Assembly (NCBI GenBank): GCA_963804955.1
Contig: CAWDSQ010000024.1
Location: forward strand, 128,001-192,000
Reading direction: 5' to 3'
DNA from: an uncultured delta proteobacterium
GTDB taxonomy: Bacteria; Desulfobacterota; WTBG01; CAIYCZ01; CAIRTM01
DNA: 64,000 nt
The number at the start of each line of letters is the position of its first letter. Positions within the stretch are counted from its first letter, which is position 1. The notes under the pieces were generated by a model that saw only the letters and a program-made list of their open reading frames with translations, was not told the DNA's origin and did no database searches. A program made the position numbers and the translations under genes. Positions 1 to 11,558 of this stretch are shown here, piece by piece.

Positions 1-1045
1 AAAAAAGAGGAGCAGGCACCCAAGTCAAACATCGCCGCGTGGAAGGGCGTCTGGGTTTTTGTCGAGCAGTTCGAAGGCCATGCACATGAAGTCTCCTGGG
101 AGCTTTTGGGCAAGGGGCGCGTACTTGCAAATGACCTTGGGGTAGAGCTTGCCGCATTCGTTCTCGGCGACAATGTCAGGCATCTGGCTGACGAGGCCTT
201 CTGCTGGGGCGCGGATAAAGTATATCTTATGGACAGCCCGCTTTTAAAGCATTACCGCACGACATCGTATCTTAAGGGCTGCGTTGACATCGTCAATAAA
301 TACAAGCCGGAAATAGTGCTCATGGGCGCAACGGGCCTCGGCCGCGACCTTGCCGGAGCTGTGGCGACCGACCTCAAGACCGGCCTCACGGCCGACTGCA
401 CCAGCCTGACCATCGACACCAAAATGCGCCTGCTCGAGCAGACCCGCCCGGCATTCGGCGGCAATATCATGGCAACCATTCTCACCGAAACACACAGGCC
501 GCAGATGGCCTCTGTGCGGCCCCATGTGATGCCCAAGCCGGAATACAAGGCGGGCGCCAAAGGCCAGCTCATTGAAGAGCCCTTCACCATGAAGGAAGAG
601 GATATTCCGACCAAAGTGATCGAAATCATCAAAACTGCATCCGAAGGCTCCGTCAATATCACCGGCGCCAAGATTCTTGTCTGCCGGCGGCCGCGGCATG
701 CTCAGCTCTGAAAACTTTAAAATGCTCGAGGGCTTTGCGGAAATGATCGGTGGCGTTGTGGCCGGTTCGCGCTGCGCAGTTGATGAAGGCTGGATCAAGC
801 ATGACCGCCAGGTCGGACAGACCGGCAAAACCGTGCATTCCAAGCTCTACATCGCCTGCGGCATTTCCGGCGCAATTCAGCATCTGGTCGGCATGCAGGA
901 CAGCGAATTCATCATCGCCATCAACAAGGACAAGACAGCCCCGATTTTCGATGTGGCCCATCTTGGCATCGTCGGCGATGCGATGGAAATCATACCTTCG
1001 CTGATTGAACAATTCAAACAGAGCAATGCCCGACCGAACGAATAA
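1..1045 (+). CDS. etfA: Electron transfer flavoprotein alpha subunit (5'-truncated by the window; frameshift near 680)
   Basis: Frame is open from base 1. Motifs GLTADCT and RPAFGGN; after the frameshift [21 protein letters not shown] and IIAINKD. Confidence 0.93.
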
Positions 1046-1079
1046 TGCGGGATTTTAACCTCTTTACATAAGAAAGGAG

Positions 1080-3093
1080 TTGCCCTTGAGCCCTTTAGAA
1101 AATATCATTTTTGCCATCCTCTGTGTTGGTGGCGTACTTTTTTTCCTGAAAAACGTCTTTCGGCTCCTTGCAATGATCTGCCTGGGACGCACTGAAAACA
1201 GATTCGACAACCTCATTGCCCGTTTCACCGGCATGCTGACCTATGGTTTCGGCCAGCTGCGCGTAGTCAGCGAAAAATTCGGGTTCAACCACTTCCTGCT
1301 CTTCTGGGGATTTCTCGTGCTGGTGTGCGTGAACTCGGAATTCTTTATCGCCGGCGTATTCCCCAAATTCAGCTGGGATTTCATCGGCCATACGCCCTGG
1401 GCCCTGGTTCTGGGCCTTGCCGATGTGATGAGCTTTGTTGTGCTGGCATGTGTTTTTGTGGCCCTGTTCCGGCGTTTGATTGTAAAACCCTTTTATATAG
1501 ATTCCACCTATGACGCCTATCTGATCCTGTCGCTGGTCGGCTCGCTCATGATAGCCTACTTCGGCTTGAACGCAGCCGAGGCTTCCATGAAGACCCTTAG
1601 AAACGGTGAATTCATGTTCATCTCTCCCGGGCTGTCAAATATATATGCCGGCATGCCGGTCGAAACCGTGCATGTCTGGGCCCGCGTATTCTGGTGGGCA
1701 CATGCCCTCATACTGCTGTTCTTCCTGAACTATCTGCCCTACAGCAAGCATCTGCATATCCTGACGTCGCTGCCGAACTGCTTTTTCCGCAGTTTCAAGC
1801 CCGTTACAACCGTGCCGCGGCTGACTTTCAAGAGGGGCTTCAAGTTCGGCGTTTCAAAGATAACGCAGTTCCGCTGGAAAGACCTGATGGACTTCACGGC
1901 CTGCACCGAGTGCGGCCGCTGCCAGGCGAACTGCCCGGCCTATCTTACTCAAAAGCCGCTCAATCCGAAAGAAGTCGTGCATAAGGGCAAGCTGAATCTG
2001 TTCGCCAACGGCAATGAGATCATGGCGCATCGCCCTGCAGATATGCTGGCCCCTGCCCCTGAGGACGCAGCAATGTGCGTACCGCTGATTAACGGCCGGG
2101 AAGAAAGCATATCACGGGATGCCATCTGGGCATGCACGACCTGCGGCGCCTGCATGCAGAAATGCCCGGTATTCATCGAGCATGTGCCAAAAATGGTTGA
2201 AATGCGGCGCCACCTGGTGATGGAAAAGTCGGAATTTCCCGAAGAGCTCACCACCTTCTTTGAAAACTCCGAGCAGCGCTCAAACCCCTGGGGCATTGCG
2301 CCTTCCGACCGCGCCAAGTGGACTGTTGATCTCAACGTGCCCGTGCTGGGAGACGGCGTCAAGGCCGAGTATCTGTTCTATGTCGGCTGCGCAGGTGCTT
2401 TTGATTCCCGCGCCCGCCAGGTGACCCATGCAATGACCAAAATCCTCAATGCCGCAGCAGTGAACTGGGCAATACTCGGGAATGAAGAAAAATGCTGCGG
2501 TGATTCGCTGCGCCGCCTGGGCAATGAATTCGTTTTTGAGAAAATGGCCAAAGAAAACATTGCGGTTCTTGAAAAATACGGCATCAAAAAAATCATCACC
2601 TACTGCCCGCACTGCTTCACAACTCTCAAGAACGACTATAAGCAGTTCGGGTTCGACGTTGAAGTCATTCATCACACAACATTTATCAATGACCTCATCA
2701 AGGCAGGCCGAATCAAGGTCGACGCAGGCGCTCTTGCCGGCAAAACCGTGGTGCATGATTCCTGCTATCTTGGCCGCTACAATGATATCTATGAGGCTCC
2801 CCGCTCAATCGTCAAGGCTTGCTCGGGCAAGGCCCCTGCCGAGATGGAGCGCCAGTGGAGAGACAAGCTTCTGCTGCGGCGCAGGCGGCGGCAGAATGTG
2901 GATGGAGGAGCTTATCGGCAAGCGCATTTATATCGAGCGCACGCAGGAAGCCCTCAAGGCAGCCCCTCAAACTATTGCTGTTGCATGCCCCTACTGCATG
3001 ACCATGTTTGAAGACGGCGTCAAGGATGAAAAAGCCTCAGACCGCACGAAGGTCAAAGATGTGGCTGAAATCGTTGCTGCCGCAATGAAGTAA
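1080..3093 (+). CDS. Membrane-anchored FeS oxidoreductase (DUF224/HdrD-like; ETF:menaquinone oxidoreductase type); frameshift near 2860
   Basis: N-terminal TM helices with His (HFLLFWGF, WWAHAL, SKHLH). Two CxxCxxCxxxCP motifs, CCG domains (KCCG, HDSCYLGR, CCGAGGG). Directly follows etfA. Confidence 0.88.
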
Positions 3094-3112
3094 ATAACGC
3101 TGGGAACACTGC

Positions 3113-3144
3113 AAAGGCGGAAGCATAGTGCTTCCGCCTTTTTT
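3113..3144 (+). terminator. Rho-independent terminator
   Basis: aaaggcggaagca-tag-tgcttccgccttt followed by a T run, just after the oxidoreductase stop. Confidence 0.85.
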
Positions 3145-3340
3145 ATTTATTATCTGCTTTATTTTATTCGGAAATTTGTCTATAAAAGGCAGCAAGCCAC
3201 CATCAGAGCGAATGGCTTGCTGCAACCCTGAAAGGGCGCAATCAAAAACACGCAGTGTTTGAGCCGCCTTTCTTCAGAAAACCATAGCCAAAGGCGATAG
3301 TTTTCTGAAAACAATCATGCAAATTCTTTAAGTCATTGCA

Positions 3341-3536
3341 ATGAGTACTGCCATACTAAAAAAACAGCCTGTCATCGACTGCAGAACCGGCTTCCGCTAC
3401 TGTGAAAAGCAGGAGCAGTACATTGCTGCCGAGGTTTGCAAAAAACGCAGCGAAGAAAAAACCTAAATGCTACCGCTGCTATGAAAAATGGCGCCGCACA
3501 AAGAACCAGCCCGGCCTGCCCTTTCTAAAAAAATAG
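3341..3536 (+). CDS. Possible small Cys-rich protein (~64 aa if one A is removed near 3460)
   Basis: MSTAILKKQPVIDCRTGFRYCEKQEQYIAAEVCKKRSEEK|PKCYRCYEKWRRTKNQPGLPFLKK*. No clear RBS. Confidence 0.35.
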
Positions 3537-3687
3537 CCCCACGCCTGTTAAAAAATTCCGGCTTAATGAATTTTGATACAATCGCGGCCCTGTATCCTCA
3601 GAGAAAGATGGAGAAGGGCATTGCTGATTTATAAATATGCCGGCACGCGCTGTGGAATCTAACAGTTTTTTAAAAAAAACAATAGGG

Positions 3688-3837
3688 GCAGGGTATTAAA
3701 AAATTATCTGATGCAAGGCGTGCGCTGTCTGTTACACCTGCTTGCAGGGAATTATGCAAAATGCGGCGTACTTTCTGTACGCCGCAGTGAAGAACGATGA
3801 CCGGACGCAGCAGATGGGCGTTTTTAAACAGCCTGCT
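3688..3837. repeat. MITE-like element with imperfect terminal inverted repeats
   Basis: Left end gcagggtattaaaaaa, right end tttttaaacagcctgc, and an internal palindrome tgcggcgtac...gtacgccgca. Confidence 0.55.
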
Positions 3838-3974
3838 CAAGAAAAAAGCCCGGCCACTCTAGGCAGTAGTCAGGCTTATGAGCACCACATCAACAACAGC
3901 AATACAGGAATAACTGCTAACGGGTAATGCGCAGTATGATGGAACAATCGTATGTTTCAAAAATTGAGCAGGTA

Positions 3975-4658
3975 TTATTTGCCAAACACTGATTTCAGAA
4001 CATCGGTTGTTCGTGCCGCAGGATCGGTTCTGATTTTCTTTTCCTCCTGGCCGACCATGACAAATAGCCCGTCCATGGCTTTATTGGTCACGTAATCCTC
4101 AATGTCTATGGATGTTTTAGGAACAAATGGCATAGCATTATATTTTGACATCATACCGTTAAACAGGGCTGTCGTTCCAACCTCTCCCATGCTTGAAGAA
4201 ATAATCGGCTTAAAGGCGCTGAAAATCTTATTGGACGTTTTCCCTTTAAAAAATTCAGTCGCAGCCGTATCACCGCCGCTGTAAATTTTATTTGCATCCT
4301 CAATGCCCATGTCTTTAATGGCGCCGCCGAAAATAGAGGCTGCCTGCGGAGCTGCCTTTTCTGCGGCCCTGTTCATGCTGAGCGTGAAATCATCAACCTG
4401 TTTTTGCATACCGGCTTTTGCCAGAGTATCTGCTACCATTTTCATTTTATCCGGCATCAGAATTTTAATTGCCTGATTGCCCAAATAGCCGTCCGGTTTT
4501 GAAACCATTTGCACTGCTTTTTCCGTACCGATTGACAGAGCCTGCTTGAACCCTGAAACCAGCATGCTTTCTGAAGGTGCTCCATTTTGCGCCTGTGCAT
4601 ACACGAACCATGTCAGACAGCAGAGAGCCAGGGCAGCAACAACAAAAAAATTTTTCAT
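3975..4658 (-). CDS. DUF4197 family secreted protein
   Basis: Signal peptide; G(F)KQALSIG, SMNRAAEKAAP, ATEFFK and EEKKIRTDPAARTT motifs; AGGAGG RBS. Confidence 0.88.
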   Translation of the reverse strand: MKNFFVVAALALCCLTWFVYAQAQNGAPSESMLVSGFKQALSIGTEKAVQMVSKPDGYLGNQAIKILMPDKMKMVADTLAKAGMQKQVDDFTLSMNRAAEKAAPQAASIFGGAIKDMGIEDANKIYSGGDTAATEFFKGKTSNKIFSAFKPIISSSMGEVGTTALFNGMMSKYNAMPFVPKTSIDIEDYVTNKAMDGLFVMVGQEEKKIRTDPAARTTDVLKSVFGK

Positions 4659-5028
4659 GGCAATCCTCCTTTCGCTGGAACAATACACTATTTTGATTCT
4701 TTTATTGACTATCGGGACCTGTTGTTTTTTAGCCTGCAGGAGTAGTAAATAAATTGCTTATAAAAGCAGCATTGGTTTTACAGACATCAACTGAAACCCT
4801 CTACCTGCTGTAGGATTTTTATTCATGCTGGAGGGAGAAATCACACTGTATCTTGTACGCCCAGCAGGTTTTTCTCAGCCATTCTGCAAAATTTCATGCT
4901 ATAAAAAAAAGTATAGCATGTTAATATGAATTACGAACAATTAAGTGATAATTTATTTTATACGCTTTTTTGAAAGAAACGCATAGGCTTGGGTTCAGAT
5001 TATAACAACAATACGGGGGAAAGCTATC

Positions 5029-5433
5029 ATGAGCATTATGAAAGAATTTAAGGAATTTGCGGTAAAAGGGAATGTTGTCGATATGGCCGTTGGTATCATT
5101 CTTGGTGCTGCATTTGGTAAAATCGTATCTTCATTTGTAGGGGATGTGATCATGCCTCCAATAGGAGTTCTTTTGGGCGGGGTCGATTTCTCCAATCTGG
5201 CATTTACTGTTAAAGAAGCTGTGGGGGCAGCTCCGGCTGTCGTCATCAGCTATGGAAAATTCATTCAGACGGTTATCGATTTCACGATCATTGCATTCTC
5301 TATTTTCATAGCGGTCAAGGCAATGAACTCACTCAAGCGAAAAGAGGAAGAAACGCCGCAAGCTCCACCGGAGCCATCACCACAAGAAGTATTGCTGGCG
5401 GAAATACGTGATTTACTGAAAGAGAGAAAGTAA
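5029..5433 (+). CDS. mscL: Large-conductance mechanosensitive channel
   Basis: [17 protein letters not shown] at the N-terminus and LLAEIRDLL at the C-terminus. Confidence 0.97.
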   Translation: MSIMKEFKEFAVKGNVVDMAVGIILGAAFGKIVSSFVGDVIMPPIGVLLGGVDFSNLAFTVKEAVGAAPAVVISYGKFIQTVIDFTIIAFSIFIAVKAMNSLKRKEEETPQAPPEPSPQEVLLAEIRDLLKERK

Positions 5434-5480
5434 TTCATACAGCAGTGTCAGCCTGCTGCTTTGTGCGGGAGGGATCTGTC

Positions 5481-6483
5481 TTACTGCCTGAATCCCTGCG
5501 GATGGCCTTCATACCATTTCTGAAGGCTTCTGATGCTTGCCTCAAGGGTTTTTTCGGTCTTCCAGTGAAGGGTTATAGTGGCTTTTTCAGGCTGGGCGTA
5601 GATGCTCGAGTATTCTCCCTTACGGGCTTCCTTCTTGATGAGGGGTATGGAAACGCCGCACACCTCCTGAACTTTCGAGACTATCTGCTTGACGCTGTAG
5701 CCTGTGCCATTGCCGAGATTAAAAATGTCGCTTGCGCCGCCGGCATCGAGATACTCCAGGGCCGCCGCATGAGCCGCTGCAAGGTCCTCGACATCAATAT
5801 AGTCGCGAATCGGCGTGCCGTCAGGCGTATTCACCTTCGGGGCAGGTCAGATAAAAAGGCTCGATATTCATGGCGCCGCGCACCGCGTTCTGCATAAGAA
5901 GCTGCGACGGCCGCTTGCTGTCGCCGATGCGGCCGTCCGAGCTTGCGCCGCAGACATTAAAATAGCGGAGAATGGCATAGGAAATTCCGTGAATATCGCC
6001 ATACCAGCGAATCATCTTTTCTGACAAAAGCTTGCTTTCGCCATAGGGATTCATGGGCTGCAGAGGATGTTTCTCGTCAACAGGCAAATACCGGGACTCG
6101 CCATACACCGCACAGGTTGATGAAAATATAAGTTTTTTCAAACTTTTTTTCCGCATAGCTTCAAGCAGATTATATGTTCCAACCGTATTATTGTAAAAAT
6201 ACAGCTCCGGCTGTTCCATGGATTCGTTGACCAGACACAGAGCGGCAAAATGCATAACAGCGTCGATATCAGTATCTTTCAATACAGCATCTATATCATC
6301 GGGATTTCGCAAATCACCCTGAACAAAGCCGAGCTTCCCATAGGTCTTTAAAACATCAACGGCTTCACTGTAGCCGCGCGAGAGGTTGTCAAAAACAATG
6401 ACCTCGAAACCTTTTTCAAGCAGCAGTTTAACCGCATGACTGCCTATATAGCCGGCGCCGCCGGTAACCACTATTTTTTTCAT
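5481..6483 (-). CDS. galE: UDP-glucose 4-epimerase (frameshift near 5830)
   Basis: [50 protein letters not shown]. Confidence 0.92.
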
Positions 6484-7092
6484 TACACACCCTTCTGCGC
6501 GCCATGTTTTTTTACTTTTGAACCGCTCTGAATGAGCAAGAAAATTGCGCAGCAGCTCTTTCCCGCAGCTTGTCAGCACTGACTCAGGATGAAACTGAAT
6601 TCCTTCAACCGGATACTCGCGATGGCGTATGCCCATGATTTCATCATGATCTGTCCAGGCGCTCACCGTGAAACAGTCCGGCAGGGTTTCTTTTTTAACG
6701 ATGAGCGAATGATAGCGCGTGGCGTTAAAAGGGTTCGGGAGGCCTTTGAACAGATTTTTGCCGTCATGGAAAACAGCAGATGTTTTTCCATGCATGATGC
6801 GCTGTGCCCGCACCACTGCCGCGCCGAAAACCTCACCTATGCACTGATGCCCGAGGCAAACGCCCAGTATGGGATACACGCCCTTGAAGCGGTCAATCAG
6901 CTCTTTGGATATACCGGCATCAATGGGCCTGCCGGGGCCGGGTGAAATGACGATCATCGCAGGCTTGAGCGCGTCAACCTCAGCAAGCGTTATGGCGTCA
7001 TTGCGATACACGCGCACGTTCTGCCCGAGCTCGCCGAAATACTGAACGAGATTATAGGTAAACGAATCATAATTATCTATCATCAAAAGCAT
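6483..7092 (-). CDS. trpG: Anthranilate/aminodeoxychorismate synthase component II (glutamine amidotransferase)
   Basis: [40 protein letters not shown] overlap at 6485-6481 marks the likely true stop. Confidence 0.92.
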
Positions 7093-8580
7093 TTACAGTC
7101 CCTCATGAGCCATGGCAATGGCCCGAACCATGGCTTTGGCCTTGTTGACTGTTTCGACATACTCCCGCTCGGGCTTTGAATCCATAACAATGCCGGCGCC
7201 CGCCTGAAAGTATATCTTCCCGTTTTTTATAAACATGGTTCGAATGGTAATGCACAGGTCCATATTGCCTGAAAAGCTGAAATAACCGACAGCGCCCGCA
7301 TACGGGCCCCGCTTCTGCTGTTCAAGCTCTTCAATAATCTCCATGGCTCTTATTTTGGGCGCCCCCGAAACCGTGCCGGCCGGAAAGGTCGCGGCAAACA
7401 GATCAAAGGCATCGCTGCCTTTCATAAGCTGTCCCCTGACGCTTGAAACAAGATGCATAACATGGGAATAACGCTCAACGACCATGAAATCCTCGACACA
7501 CACCGAGCCCAGTGCAGCCACCCGGCCCACATCATTGCGGCCAAGGTCAACCAGCATGATATGCTCTGCTATTTCTTTGGGGTCTCGGCGAAGGTCATCT
7601 TCAAGCTGCCTGTCCTCTTTATCGTCTTTTCCACGAGGGCGGGTTCCGGCGATAGGGCGAACGACAATATCATTTTTCTCCAGCCGCACAAGAACTTCCG
7701 GAGAGGATCCGATAATATAATCCTTGTCCATCCGGATGAAATACATATAGGGTGATGGGTTGACAATACGCAGAGCCCGGTAGAGATTTAACGGGTCTGT
7801 AGCCATATCGGTTTCAAAACGCTGCGAGAGCACAACCTGTATAATATCGCCTGAGCGGATATAGGATTTGGCCCTTTCTACAATCCGTTTAAAATCATCT
7901 TTATGAATATTGGAACTGACCGTGCCGGGCAGGGCCGCCGCGGGTGTTTTATTTTTTCTGACCGGTTTCTGCAGCAGCGCGATAACCTGTTCTATGGTTG
8001 CTACAGCGGATAGATACGCCGCCTGGATATCCCGGTTTTCCTCAACATGCACATTGCAGACTACTTTCATGGTATGCTGAAGATTATCGAAAATCAGCAG
8101 CGTATCGGTGATCATCATGCAGGCATCGTTCCAGACGAGATCATCCCGGGTGGCATCAGGCAGCTGCTCGAAAAACCTGACCATATCATAGCCGATATAG
8201 CCCACCGCCCCCCCGTAAAAACGGGGCAATCCCTTGATTTCAACAGGATGGTAGCAGCGCATAAGCCTGCGCAATTCATCCAGAGGCCGGTCGCAGTCTT
8301 TGTGTTCAACCGAGGCCCCTCTGCGAATAGTGACCCGGCGGCCCTTGCTTTGAAAAATAATTGACGGGTTGATGCCGATGAAGCTGTAGCGGGCCCATTT
8401 TTCACCGCCTTCAATACTTTCCAGAAGAAAGCAATACCTGGATGAGCTCAGCTTCATAAATGCAGAAACAGGAGTTTCCGTATCGGCAATAATTTCCCGG
8501 TACACAGGGATCAGATTGCCCCGATTCGTTTTCCTTGAAAATTCTGCAAAATCAGGAAAATATCGCTGTTTTGGTGCCAT
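7093..8580 (-). CDS. trpE: Anthranilate synthase component I
   Basis: LLESIEGGEKWARYS, NPSPYMY, PIAGTRPRG, EHIMLVDLGRND, GTVSGAPK. Confidence 0.95.
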   Translation of the reverse strand: MAPKQRYFPDFAEFSRKTNRGNLIPVYREIIADTETPVSAFMKLSSSRYCFLLESIEGGEKWARYSFIGINPSIIFQSKGRRVTIRRGASVEHKDCDRPLDELRRLMRCYHPVEIKGLPRFYGGAVGYIGYDMVRFFEQLPDATRDDLVWNDACMMITDTLLIFDNLQHTMKVVCNVHVEENRDIQAAYLSAVATIEQVIALLQKPVRKNKTPAAALPGTVSSNIHKDDFKRIVERAKSYIRSGDIIQVVLSQRFETDMATDPLNLYRALRIVNPSPYMYFIRMDKDYIIGSSPEVLVRLEKNDIVVRPIAGTRPRGKDDKEDRQLEDDLRRDPKEIAEHIMLVDLGRNDVGRVAALGSVCVEDFMVVERYSHVMHLVSSVRGQLMKGSDAFDLFAATFPAGTVSGAPKIRAMEIIEELEQQKRGPYAGAVGYFSFSGNMDLCITIRTMFIKNGKIYFQAGAGIVMDSKPEREYVETVNKAKAMVRAIAMAHEGL

Positions 8581-8919
8581 AGTTCGTCAGGAATAATATG
8601 TACGTTATTTTCAGTTCTGTCCCCATCCGGCAGTCTGCCGCAAGGCATAGACCAGGGGTTTATGTATGTACGCGCTTGATACGCTGATGCTTTTTTTGAA
8701 GGCGCAGTCTGTGGGACGGTAAAAAAACGCCAAAAAAACAAACCGTGCACAATGCTCATGGCAAGCGTTTTTGATTATGTATCATTAATACAATGATCTG
8801 TAAAGATTGATAGTTTTGTAATTCCGCCCGCAGATTTTTTTATTTTAATTTCGGGAAAATATGATACTGTACACAAATTATATTGACATACTATCAACAT
8901 TTAAAAAGGAGCATTACTC

Positions 8920-9549
8920 ATGCGCGTACTTGGATTCCTGGGCAGTCCCCATGTTAACGGAAGATCCGCAAAGCTTCTGAAAAAAGCTCTTGAAGGCGCT
9001 GCAAGCGCGGGCGCAGAAATCAAAGAATTCGATCTTATTAAAATGAACATCAAATACTGCACGGGCTGCGGCGCCTGCTATCTGACAAAGCCCGAATTAA
9101 AAATCGGCAAATGCTCCCTCAAGGATGACGCACCGGCACTTTTCGAGGAGTATGTTGAGGCCGACGGCTATATCTACGCTTCTCCGGTCTACGATATGTT
9201 TATAACCGCTCTCATGAAAACATTTCTTGAGCGCAAAATCATGCTTACCTATCGCCCTAAGGAGGCAGCGGACAAACTTCCCGAATTCACGGTGCTGTGC
9301 CTATTTCAAAAAAAAAGCTTCCCTTATTGTCACGGGAAACTGCGCTGATGAATACCAGGAAGTTATGGGAGACCCCTGCTTTGAAGCCTATCAGGGACAC
9401 TTTATGATCGAGCAGATAGAAACCGTCGACCAGATGTACTGCGGCAGGTGTTGAGACATTGACGGAAGAAGATTTCAATAAAAAGCTTGATGAGGCATTT
9501 CAAATGGGCGTTAGACATTGTGCGGGAAATTGAAAAGTCCCGCCAATAA
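8920..9549 (+). CDS. Flavodoxin-fold iron-sulfur flavoprotein / NADPH-dependent FMN reductase family (several frameshifts)
   Basis: GSP..G.S, CTGCGAC...C..KDD and ASPVY motifs; the C-terminus continues in other frames to EIEKSRQ*. Confidence 0.8.
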
Positions 9550-9570
9550 AAGATTGCTTGTAAGAAACAG

Positions 9571-9619
9571 AACCAGAACAGGGTGTTGGGCTCGCAGAAC
9601 CCAACACCCTGTTCTGGTT
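9571..9619. terminator. Long perfect hairpin between convergent genes
   Basis: aaccagaacagggtgttggg ... cccaacaccctgttctggtt. Confidence 0.7.
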
Positions 9620-9640
9620 TAACGCGTCAATCGATTTTAG

Positions 9641-9672
9641 AAAAAAAAGCACCCCTTGCAAGGAGTGCTTTT
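9641..9672 (-). terminator. Terminator of the csp gene
   Basis: aaaaaaaagcacccctt-gc-aaggagtgctttt. Confidence 0.7.
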
Positions 9673-9688
9673 CATAGGCTGGTTGAGC

Positions 9689-9895
9689 TCAGCTGGACTT
9701 GCTTTTTACCTTTACAGCCTGAAGGCCTTTGTTGCCCTGTTCGACATCAAAAGTTACCTCGTCTCCTTCGCTGAGCGAACGGAAGCCACTGCCGTCAATG
9801 GCCGTGAAGTGAACAAAAACGTCACCATGCTCCTGCGACTCGATAAAACCAAACCCCTTTTTGTCATTGAACCATTTTACTCGACCTTCAGACAT
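9689..9895 (-). CDS. cspA: Cold-shock protein
   Basis: [15 protein letters not shown] and DVFVHF; GGAGG RBS. Confidence 0.95.
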   Translation of the reverse strand: MSEGRVKWFNDKKGFGFIESQEHGDVFVHFTAIDGSGFRSLSEGDEVTFDVEQGNKGLQAVKVKSKSS

Positions 9896-10154
9896 GTGTA
9901 AAACCTCCTAAAAAAAATTATAAACTCAGCAGAACATATAGCAGTGATTTTCAGGGCGCATAAAGCTGAACGCACTGTAAAAAAACCAGCATGCCACTCC
10001 TGCTTTCCACAAGACATACCTGAAATGTGCATGTCTTAACTAACTCATAATTCTTCTTGCATCTTTTGTCAAATAATTTTGAAACTGAACATTTTAAAAA
10101 TTTGTTTTACCGTGATCTGCTCAAAAAAAGCGCCGGACCACTCGTGATAAGCGA

Positions 10155-10703
10155 TCAGCCGGGAAACTGTTCGGCATAGCGCTCTCGCCTGAAATGCCTG
10201 CCATGGGCTTCAATTATGGTTGCCAGAGCATGGCACCCCACATACATGCTGAAAGCCTGGCTATTGAGCATGTCCAGAGCAGGAAGACCATGAAAAAGGG
10301 TTTTGCGCATCCTGTGGAGAATGATCAGTAGAGCTAAAACCGTTGATTCAAAATCGGATTTTTTTCCGCACACAACAGCTTCAACAAACTCTTTCTGGCT
10401 TTTCGAATGGAAGCGCAGGATTTTAAAATGCGGGGTAAAGCCCGTTGTTTCGTAATAGCGTTTTTGATAGTACGTGAAGATGCGCTCCAGCTCGGCCCGG
10501 CATCTGCGCCTCTTGACTATTTCAACTGCCAGCTCTTCGAAAATGTTCATATCGGCATGAGAGCTGCACAGCAAACCCTCAAAGACATGCCACATGACTG
10601 TGAAATTTTCTACGGCGTTGAGTGTATCCGGAGTGAAATATGTTGCTGAAGGCACATTTGCAGTAATCCATTCTTTTGCCGAAAAAGTAGAAAAATCAGG
10701 CAC
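10155..10703 (-). CDS. Hypothetical helical protein with a HEPN-like R-x4-HG motif
   Basis: AAGGAG RBS and GTG start; F..MW..FE N-terminal helix and HRMRKTLFHG. Confidence 0.6.
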   Translation of the reverse strand: MPDFSTFSAKEWITANVPSATYFTPDTLNAVENFTVMWHVFEGLLCSSHADMNIFEELAVEIVKRRRCRAELERIFTYYQKRYYETTGFTPHFKILRFHSKSQKEFVEAVVCGKKSDFESTVLALLIILHRMRKTLFHGLPALDMLNSQAFSMYVGCHALATIIEAHGRHFRRERYAEQFPG

Positions 10704-10882
10704 GAAGCTCTCCTTTATTAAAAACTTCTATTGCAGCATAAAAAAAACAGTTTTCCACAGCTGCGGATCTGCACGTTCGATCAAAACAACCGTAATAAAC
10801 TAACAGCCCCTTCTTTTCTCTGAAGCTCTACCTTGTGCGTCTTGCAGGCAAAAAACACCTGCATGCGGAGAGCACCATTCCT

Positions 10883-11317
10883 CTACACAATTACCACAGA
10901 ATTTTCGCTGTCGCCATAGGGATTGGTGATATAGGAATCGGCCTCCCAGTCATTCTCCCAGCGGAAGTCATCAATAAGGTAGCGGTACTGGTAGTGCCTG
11001 CCCGGCTCAAGCTCCAGGCAAATGGTAAAATCACCGCTTTTGAGCCGCTTCATGGGATGCGAGTTGATGCTCCAGTTGTTGAAGTCGCCAACAATGCAGA
11101 CCAGTGAAGCACCCGGAGCCGCAAGGCCGGGCAGCACAAATGTGACGCTGCAGGCCTTCTTTGTCTTAAAATACTTTTTCTTGATGCCCGATGCAGGCCC
11201 GGTACTTTTACGGGGCTTCTGGCCGTGCTTAAGCTTACTTTCAACGAAGGTTTTTTGTTTTGAAGCTTTTTTTTGTCTGGATGCGGGTGCTTGTTTTGAT
11301 GGAGTCTTTGTTGTCAT
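10883..11317 (-). CDS. CBM48 / isoamylase early-set (glycogen-binding) domain protein with a basic N-terminal extension
   Basis: VTF.LP, IVGDFNNWS, YQYRYLID..RWENDWEADSY. Confidence 0.88.
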   Translation of the reverse strand: MTTKTPSKQAPASRQKKASKQKTFVESKLKHGQKPRKSTGPASGIKKKYFKTKKACSVTFVLPGLAAPGASLVCIVGDFNNWSINSHPMKRLKSGDFTICLELEPGRHYQYRYLIDDFRWENDWEADSYITNPYGDSENSVVIV

Positions 11318-11558
11318 AACGGCCCTCCCCGGCTTGTTATAAACTTTACCTATACGATACTTATAGTATGTGAACAAAAATATCAAATACTTATTACATG
11401 CTAATTGATAGTAAAAAGTGTTTGAAAACTTGATTCAGAATGACACCCAGGCTTTTTTCTACGGCTTGTACCGGGTGCTGTATGCAGGATGATTCATCTT
11501 GAGTTAAAAAGCAGGCCGCGGTATCATCGTGAGAAGATTGACCTGATGCTTGCTGAAT

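Noticed and set aside
5821..7092. Apparent TrpG-GalE fusion ORF
   Set aside because: A TAATG stop/start overlap sits exactly at the GalE start, and A-runs lie just upstream. One indel restores two normal genes.
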